From Candidatus Methylomirabilia bacterium (GTDB taxonomy: Bacteria; Methylomirabilota; Methylomirabilia; Rokubacteriales; CSP1-6), in NCBI GenBank assembly GCA_041492755.1, contig JBGPXN010000126.1:1-13105 (forward strand): a DNA stretch of 13,105 nucleotides, written 5' to 3'. Positions 7,965 through 13,105 of the stretch are shown here, one piece after another. Below the pieces are notes generated by a model. That model was not told the DNA's origin. It worked only from the letters and a program-made list of their open reading frames with translations, and ran no database searches. The position numbers and the translations under genes were made by a program. Numbering within the stretch: the stretch's first letter is position 1; the number at the start of each line of letters is the position of its first letter.

Positions 7965-8246
7965 CTAGGAGGCGAGCCGGAGACCGGAGCGGAGCTCGAA
8001 CAGCTCCTGGACGAGCAGCGAGCCGGTCGCGATCCGGGCCATCGCGCCGCAGTAGCAGCAGTGGATGAATGCCGGCTCGTGCACGATGAAGCCACTCCCG
8101 CACTTGGGGCACCGGGTCGTTCCGTCGGGCAGGAAGCGCTTGGCGGCACGCGCCAGGACGAGCTCGGGCGGGAAATGGACGACACGAGCCGTCGTTTGAC
8201 GACGGCGCTTGTTCGTCGCGCGAATGGCCTTGGGCTTGGGCTCCAT
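7965..8246 (-). CDS. Small basic zinc-ribbon protein
   Basis: 93 aa with CPKC-x13-CCYC and a basic N-terminus (NKRRRQ). An alternative GTG start is at 8270. Confidence 0.72.
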   Translation of the reverse strand: MEPKPKAIRATNKRRRQTTARVVHFPPELVLARAAKRFLPDGTTRCPKCGSGFIVHEPAFIHCCYCGAMARIATGSLLVQELFELRSGLRLAS

Positions 8247-8273
8247 CGGTGGTCGTCCCTGCTGACCCACGCA

Positions 8274-8304
8274 AGAATACCCGAAAACCAGCGTCTGTAA
8301 GCAA
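8274..8304 (-). promoter_or_regulatory. Possible sigma70 promoter for the zinc-ribbon gene
   Basis: Minus strand TTGCTT-N19-TATTCT in a locally AT-richer patch. The spacer is longer than optimal. Confidence 0.3.
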
Positions 8305-8434
8305 GTTCGACCCCGCCGTGCCGTCCGGTCCCGAGAGCCCGCCTGGCCAGATCCCTGCCATACCGAGCCCGATCCTTGCGGGATACACTCGCCATTATTT
8401 CGCGGGGAATTGCCGGCCCGGCCGACGGGCTTGG

Positions 8435-8558
8435 ATGATGATTCCTGGTCATCCTCGGCGCGCTCATCTTCGCCGAAGAGCTCTACGAGACGGGGCTGCT
8501 CGTGCTGATCATCCGTCGCGCGTCAGATCCGGGATTTCGGATCGAGGACGTCGCTTAG
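8435..8558 (+). pseudogene. Frameshifted or start-less small membrane ORF (FLVILGALIFAEELYETGLLVLIIRRASDPGFRIEDVA*)
   Basis: Frame 8442-8558 has G/C at the third position in 23 of its first 24 codons. It is preceded by ATGATG (8435-8440), one base out of frame. Confidence 0.4.
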
Positions 8559-8681
8559 CGCGTCGCCCAGGCGGTTGAAGCCGAGCGCCGCCGACGGGCG
8601 AGTCGGCCGACGCTCTCGAAGCACAAGTACCGGCGTCTCCCCAGGGTGAGATCCCGTTGCCCAGTGCGGGGGCGCGCCCGC

Positions 8682-9725
8682 CTATCGGGGCGGATGCATC
8701 TCGGCGTCGTGAGAACTCTGCGTCTCCTCGGCCCGGGGGTCATGCGACATGGACCCGCGGTGGCGTCCAGGTGTGGATTCGCCCAGCAGGGCGGTGAGGC
8801 CAAAGACCAGGAGAGCGAGCGCGACTTCCCGGGCCACGTAGCGGGCCAGCGTCGGTCGCCAGTCGGTGGTCGCTGATTGGGACGGGCCGAGGACGCCGAG
8901 CCGCGCCAGTCGGAACGCGCGGGCTCCGAGCCCCTCGACGCACAGGCCCGGGTCGAGGCGTGGCAGTATGAGGTACCGGCTCACGCCACCCAACCACACG
9001 AGTCCCAGCACCACGAGAAGCTTCGTCACGAGCACGCGCCCGTACACGGTCGTCCACAGCGCCGAGAGCCGCGCCAGCTGCACCCACGCGTTGTAGCCCC
9101 CGCTGAGCAGGACGACGAGGAGGCACGCGCCGGCGAGCCGGGAAAAGCGGCGAGCGAGCCGGCCGAGCGTCACCGGGGTCAGCTCGGGGTGGTGCGCGAG
9201 GACGACGAGCGCCAGCGCCATGAGCCCGCCCGTCCACGCTGCCGAAGCGACGGCGTGAGCCCAGTCGACGACCACGCTGGCGGAAAGGTTGCCCCAGGTC
9301 CCCGCATGGCCGGTCAGGCTCGTCGTCAGCGCGACCCCGCAAGTGAGGAGCAACGCGCCGGCCGCGCCGCCGCGAGAGCGCAGGAGCGTGGCGGCCAGCA
9401 CGCCGCCGAGCAGGACGAGCCGGACGATCCAGACGGCGCCGAAGTGTGTGTGGGCCAGCACCGCGGGCGTCGCGCCGACCGCGGCCCAGAGCGCGCCGCC
9501 ACTCATCGTCTGCGCGCGCGCCAGCAGCTCGCCCGCAGTGGCGAAGACCAGGATGACGCTCGCCCCCCGGCTCCAGCGTCGTAGCCGGCGCCCGACGCCG
9601 CCGCGCTCCGGCGCGTCGCGCGGGAGGACGAGCACTTCGACCGCCAGCCCGCCGATGGCCGCAGCGGTGGCGAGCAGCGCGACCCAGCGGATCAGCGCGG
9701 CCGCCAGAACGTGAGACGTCGTCAT
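8682..9725 (-). CDS. copD: Copper resistance/uptake inner-membrane protein, CopD family
   Basis: 347 aa with about 8 TM segments, T-x-FG-x-VW..R, SLTGHA, DWAH...AWTGGL, RRFSRLA, and TTVYGRVLVTKL. Directly downstream of copC. Confidence 0.9.
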   Translation of the reverse strand: MTTSHVLAAALIRWVALLATAAAIGGLAVEVLVLPRDAPERGGVGRRLRRWSRGASVILVFATAGELLARAQTMSGGALWAAVGATPAVLAHTHFGAVWIVRLVLLGGVLAATLLRSRGGAAGALLLTCGVALTTSLTGHAGTWGNLSASVVVDWAHAVASAAWTGGLMALALVVLAHHPELTPVTLGRLARRFSRLAGACLLVVLLSGGYNAWVQLARLSALWTTVYGRVLVTKLLVVLGLVWLGGVSRYLILPRLDPGLCVEGLGARAFRLARLGVLGPSQSATTDWRPTLARYVAREVALALLVFGLTALLGESTPGRHRGSMSHDPRAEETQSSHDAEMHPPR

Positions 9726-9743
9726 CGCGTCACGCCGTGCGCG

Positions 9744-10139
9744 TCACTTCACCCGGAAGGGGAAGTCGCCCTCCGTCCGATGGCCGTCGTGCGCCACCAC
9801 GCTCCAGAACACGCGGTACCGGCCCGACGGCAACGGCGGCACCGCGACCTGCAGGAGCCGATGGTCCCGTGGGCTCACGCCCCCGTCGCCCTTGTCGACG
9901 CGCTGGCGATCGGCGGTCTCGACGCGGATCGTGCTGAACACGGGTTCGAGCTGGCCGTCGAACCAGATGCGGATCTCGCCCGGCGGCGCGTCCAGCGTCG
10001 CGCCCACCCGCGGCTCCGAGCGGTCGGGAAACGCGTGCGCTCCCGCCGACGCTGGAGCGAGGGCGATCGCCAGCGCGACGAGCGCCGCCCGCGCTACCGC
10101 GGGACGGACGGACCCAGCGTCCCGTGAAATGGCGTCCAC
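9744..10139 (-). CDS. copC: Periplasmic copper-binding protein CopC (no Met-rich Cu(I) site)
   Basis: Signal peptide ...ASAGA|HAFPDRSEP gives a mature N-terminal His, and GRYRVFWSVVAHDGHRTEG carries the DGH motif. The nearest in-frame canonical start is GTG 10139, overlapping the upstream gene by 46 nt. Confidence 0.92.
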   Translation of the reverse strand: MDAISRDAGSVRPAVARAALVALAIALAPASAGAHAFPDRSEPRVGATLDAPPGEIRIWFDGQLEPVFSTIRVETADRQRVDKGDGGVSPRDHRLLQVAVPPLPSGRYRVFWSVVAHDGHRTEGDFPFRVK

Positions 10140-11080
10140 GAGAAGATGTCCGCGATGTCGTCCAGGAAGAAGTGGACCTGGCCCAGGACGCCCACATTCT
10201 TGCCGCTGCGGTCGTTCACGGGGATCACGGCCTCGATGCCGAGCTGGACGTAGCGGCCGAACCAGACGATCCCGGGATTGATCGTGCCCGTGGTGCGCCC
10301 TGCATTCGGGCCGTCGAGGGGGGTCTCCAGGGCGAATTCGACGAGCGGGATCATGCGGCTGATCGGCCGGGGCAGCCCGACGTCGCGCACGAAGGCTTGC
10401 AGGTATTGCAGGCTGTACTGCACGGTGAAGCCCCACTGTGCGACGCTGGCGTTGACGTCCCGCTCGGTCTCGACGTCGCCGTCCTCGTTGACCGTGCGCG
10501 TGATGTTGGCGCGCCGGGTCGGCATCGCCACGCCGAACGATCCCGTCAGCGCCAGCGGCCGCAGCCACTCCACGGAGTCCGGCAGGTCGCCCAGCCCCTT
10601 GCCGAAGAACACGCTCGGCGTGACGGTGTCGAACGACTCCGCGCCGATCTTCTTACTGCCCGTGCCCCCCACGTCCCAGCCGAGGCCGAGGGAGAGAATC
10701 GTCTCGTGCGCGTCGTTCTTGAAGAACACGTACTTCAGCGCGACCTCGAGGTTGTCGAAGCCGGTGACCGACGCGCGGTCGTCGGGATCGAGGATCGTCC
10801 AGGTGCCGCCCAGGCTCACGCCCAGGTTCGGGCTCAGGCGCTTCGAGATCTCCCCACTGAGGCTTGTTTCCCCCGTCGGGGGGCTCTCGCCCTCGGCGGG
10901 CCGCTTGATGTGCAGGATCGTCGGCAGCGACAGCTCGTCGGCCACGAACGGGTCGTCCACGGCCAGGGTGGCCGGAAAGAACCGCTTGCCGGCGAGGCCG
11001 TGCGCCTCGACGGAGGCGGTCGCGGCCACGATCGTGGCCGCGACCGCGCAGGAGATAGCGACGGTTCGCAGGATCCGCAT
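10094..11080 (-). CDS. Exported hypothetical protein, predicted outer-membrane beta-barrel with a mature N-terminal His
   Basis: 328 aa. SD GGAGAGG (11091-11085), signal peptide ...VEA|HGLAGKRFFPATLAVDDP, and many alternating amphipathic strands (FDNLEVALKYVF, LSLGLGWDVG, AQWGFTVQYSL, VQLGIEAVIPV, VGVLGQVHFFL). Confidence 0.8.
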   Translation of the reverse strand: MRILRTVAISCAVAATIVAATASVEAHGLAGKRFFPATLAVDDPFVADELSLPTILHIKRPAEGESPPTGETSLSGEISKRLSPNLGVSLGGTWTILDPDDRASVTGFDNLEVALKYVFFKNDAHETILSLGLGWDVGGTGSKKIGAESFDTVTPSVFFGKGLGDLPDSVEWLRPLALTGSFGVAMPTRRANITRTVNEDGDVETERDVNASVAQWGFTVQYSLQYLQAFVRDVGLPRPISRMIPLVEFALETPLDGPNAGRTTGTINPGIVWFGRYVQLGIEAVIPVNDRSGKNVGVLGQVHFFLDDIADIFSWTPFHGTLGPSVPR

Positions 11081-11081
11081 G

Positions 11082-11190
11082 ACACCTCTCCGCGTGCGCG
11101 GGCGCCCGGCATCCAGCGGACGCACGGACGCGACGCTTCAGGGGGTGAATGGGCGAACGCCAGTCAGGCGGTCGCCGCGGAGGGGGGTGC
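11082..11190 (-). promoter_or_regulatory. Predicted SD-sequestering mRNA stem between the leader's A-P-P-S-A codons and the RBS of the barrel gene
   Basis: In the mRNA, CUCCGCG (11182-11176) pairs with CGCGGAG (11094-11088), and GCACC (11190-11186) pairs with GGUGU (11086-11082). Confidence 0.6.
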
Positions 11191-11496
11191 GCGATCCCGG
11201 TGCGGACAGGCTGGTGGGCGGTCCGGAAACTCCGGCTGCTCGACGAGCGGCCCGCCGACGGCGGTGGCCGGCGCCGCGTCGATGACGACGATCCCCGGGT
11301 CGACGGCGGAGATCCGTTCCGACGCGACCGCGATCGGACAGCTCTGCTGGTCCTGCTCGTCGGACAGGAGGTGGTGAACGGAGTGCGCCGCGCTCTCGAC
11401 GGCGAACGTCGAGAGGGAGGCGAGGAGTGCGATCACGACGACCCAGCGCCACGGCGACCTCGGCCGCCGTGTGAGGACGACCGCCTCCCGGCTCAT
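11164..11496 (-). CDS. DUF2946-like (CruR/CutF-like) exported leader protein with a C-terminal RAPP arrest motif
   Basis: 110 aa with a basic-plus-hydrophobic N-terminus, HSVHH, SCPIA, a Pro-rich linker and ...CPHRD-RAPP-SAATA*. First gene of the copper cluster. Confidence 0.75.
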   Translation of the reverse strand: MSREAVVLTRRPRSPWRWVVVIALLASLSTFAVESAAHSVHHLLSDEQDQQSCPIAVASERISAVDPGIVVIDAAPATAVGGPLVEQPEFPDRPPACPHRDRAPPSAATA

Positions 11497-11503
11497 GGCC
11501 GGG

Positions 11504-11509
11504 ATTATA
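11504..11509 (-). promoter_or_regulatory. -10 box TATAAT for the copper cluster, probably giving a leaderless mRNA
   Basis: Perfect TATAAT on the minus strand exactly 7 nt before ATG 11496, with no SD in between and no obvious -35. Confidence 0.6.
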
Positions 11510-11523
11510 CGCGCCGCCACGGC

Positions 11524-12570
11524 CTAGAAGACGAACACGCCCTTGCCCGTCGTCTGCGTGTCGAACAGCCGGTACGCCTCGTCCGCCTGCTCCAGCTTCC
11601 AGCGCTGGGTGAAGATTCGCCCGAGCGGAAGGCGGCGGCGGGCGACGAAGCGGGCGCACTCGTCTTGACCGATCGCGCTGAACGTCCACGAGGCGTGGAT
11701 GGTGAGCTGTCGGCGGATCATGTCCTGGCTCACGTCGAACGTCGTCTTGTTGCCCTCGCCCACGAAGCAGACGCGTCCCCAGGTGGTCGCGCTCCGGACG
11801 GCGGCCACGCGCGCCTCGGGGATGCCCGAGCAGTCGAGCGCGCACTCCACGCCTTCACCGTCCGTGAGCTCGTGCAGCGCCGCGACCGGATCGGTCGCGG
11901 TGGGATCGATCACGGTGTCGGCGCCGAACTCGCGCGCCAGCTCGCGCCGCTCGGCCACGGGGTCGACGGCAATGACGCGCGCGCCCATCGCGACCCCGAG
12001 CATCGTCGCGCTGAGACCGACCGGACCCTGGCCGAAGACGGCAAGCGTGTCGCGGCCGGACACGTCCAGGCGCTTGAGCGCGCCGTACGCGGTCCCGGTT
12101 CCGCACGCGACCGCCGCGCCTTCTTCGAACGACAGCTCGTCGGGCAGGGGAACGTTCGTGCGCGCCGGCACCTTCATGTAGGCGGCGTGCCCACCGTGAC
12201 CGGTCATGCCGTACACCGTGATGCCGCGCCGGCAGAGCTGCGACCAGCCCACGCGGCAGTGCTTGCATTCGCCGCACCCGCGATAGTGATGGTTCATCAC
12301 GCGCTGGCCGACGCGCCCCAGCTCGGCGGGGACACCGGCTCCCACCGCGGCGACGACGCCGCACGGCTCGTGGCCGCCGATGACGGGCTCACCCGTGCCA
12401 CCGAGCCCGAGGGCGGCGGCGGCGTTGCCGGCGGCGCGATAGGGATGCAGGTCGCTGCCGCACATGCCCGAGGCCTTGATGGCGAGGACGACTTCGCCCG
12501 GTCCCGGCGTGGGATCCGGGAACTCGCGCAGCTCGAGCTTCCGATTTCCGAGAAACACCACTCCGCGCAT
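11524..12570 (-). CDS. Zinc-dependent alcohol/polyol dehydrogenase (MDR family)
   Basis: 348 aa with catalytic Zn ligands CGSDLH and GHE, structural Zn site CGECKHC-x7-C, and GQGPVG Rossmann motif. Strong RBS GGAGGAGG before ATG 12570. Confidence 0.93.
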   Translation of the reverse strand: MRGVVFLGNRKLELREFPDPTPGPGEVVLAIKASGMCGSDLHPYRAAGNAAAALGLGGTGEPVIGGHEPCGVVAAVGAGVPAELGRVGQRVMNHHYRGCGECKHCRVGWSQLCRRGITVYGMTGHGGHAAYMKVPARTNVPLPDELSFEEGAAVACGTGTAYGALKRLDVSGRDTLAVFGQGPVGLSATMLGVAMGARVIAVDPVAERRELAREFGADTVIDPTATDPVAALHELTDGEGVECALDCSGIPEARVAAVRSATTWGRVCFVGEGNKTTFDVSQDMIRRQLTIHASWTFSAIGQDECARFVARRRLPLGRIFTQRWKLEQADEAYRLFDTQTTGKGVFVF

Positions 12571-12598
12571 GCTTGCCTCCTCCGCCGGTCGCCTGAGA

Positions 12599-12674
12599 AC
12601 ATGGGGGGCCCCGAAATGGCCCCCCATACCCCCCACCGCTCGGAGCGCCCCGGCGGAGCCGTGGCGCTCCTCGA
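12599..12674 (-). repeat. Double-hairpin interspersed palindromic repeat, copy 2
   Basis: Stems ATGGGGGGCC(12601-12610)/GGCCCCCCAT(12618-12627) and GGAGCGCC.CGGC(12642-12654)/GCCG.GGCGCTCC(12658-12670). Homologous to 44-120. Confidence 0.9.
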
Positions 12675-12817
12675 ATTCCCTCACACCCTCTGATGGGACA
12701 GCCGCCCGGCTCAACGTCAGGTCGTGGCAACCAACCCCGATGTCAGGGCGTCGAAAGTAACACGGCTTCAACGGCGGGCGCTGAACGGCTCGTGCCGCCT
12801 TGAAGGGGCCTGCCGGC

Positions 12818-12823
12818 TATGAT
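12818..12823 (+). promoter_or_regulatory. Possible -10 box (TATGAT) for citrate synthase
   Basis: 5/6 match to consensus in an AT-rich patch, 44 nt upstream of the ATG. No correctly spaced -35. Confidence 0.4.
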
Positions 12824-12867
12824 AAAAGCAAAGCGTCTCGAGCCACCGCCGCAACGAGGGAGCCCCC

Positions 12868-13105
12868 ATGAGCAGCATGAAAGCCGGCCTGGAAGACGTC
12901 GTCGTTTCCACCTCCGAGATCTGTTTCATCGACGGCCGCGAGGGGCGCCTTCTCTATCGCGGGTACGACGTCGACGACCTCGTGGAGCGGTCCAGCTTCG
13001 AGGAGGTGGTCTACCTCCTCTGGCACGGGGCGCTGCCGACGAAGAAGGAGCTCGAGGCGCACGTCAAGTCGCTGTCCTCGACGGCGACCCGGAAGCTGGC
13101 GCCCA
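12868..13105 (+). CDS. Citrate synthase family protein, 5' part only (absent from the supplied ORF track)
   Basis: MSSMKAGLEDVVVSTSEICFIDGREGRLLYRGYDVDDLVERSSFEEVVYLLWHGALP. RBS GAGGGAG at 12856-12862. Citrate versus methylcitrate synthase cannot be resolved from this fragment. Confidence 0.92.
   Translation, partial: MSSMKAGLEDVVVSTSEICFIDGREGRLLYRGYDVDDLVERSSFEEVVYLLWHGALPTKKELEAHVKSLSSTATRKLAP

Noticed and set aside
8583..8615. Hairpin downstream of copD as a terminator or ncRNA
   Set aside because: Only a 6-bp core stem, no U-tract, and no recognisable RNA family features.
9726..9747. 8-nt direct repeat GTGACGCG (minus strand) between copC and copD
   Set aside because: Too short to be significant, and neither GTG is in frame with copD.
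10140..10568. 274-aa extended CopC from the ORF track
   Set aside because: The extension is an off-frame overlap with the barrel gene, and the signal peptide position indicates a protein of about 130 aa.
44..12674. The two inverted repeat copies as ends of a 12.6-kb composite transposon
   Set aside because: No transposase or target-site duplication, the cargo is housekeeping-like, and a third partial copy lies outside the pair. This fits a dispersed repeat better.
121..12693. Long alternative-frame and antisense ORFs (e.g. 121-1092 -, 2995-4260 -, 3981-5210 -, 5321-6511 +, 10124-11377 +, 11149-12693 +)
   Set aside because: These are Arg/Gly/Ala-rich shadow ORFs expected in high-GC DNA, and they overlap well-supported genes.

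Overview
High-GC bacterial chromosomal window. The gene style and the GGGGGGCC-ATTTCGG-GGCCCCCC repeat suggest Candidatus Rokubacteria/Methylomirabilota, which is an unverified inference. The + strand carries an ABC-2 permease, a catalytically inactive M16B peptidase-like subunit, a secreted hypothetical protein, an internally duplicated membrane protein, a quinone oxidoreductase, a Tim44-like protein and an AsmA-family protein. The - strand carries a small zinc-ribbon protein, a four-gene copper cluster and a Zn-dependent dehydrogenase, which is divergent from a partial citrate synthase. The main finding is the copper cluster at 11496->8682. It starts with a probably leaderless, exported His/Cys leader protein ending in the ribosome-arrest motif RAPP (DUF2946/CruR/CutF-like). 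The leader's A-P-P-S-A codons can base-pair with the Shine-Dalgarno of the next gene. That gene encodes an uncharacterised predicted outer-membrane beta-barrel with a mature N-terminal His, and it is followed by copC and copD. Together this looks like a stalling-regulated copper import route with no TonB-dependent receptor in the cluster. A ~77-bp double-hairpin repeat with compensatory base changes occurs twice, each time directly 5' of a gene.
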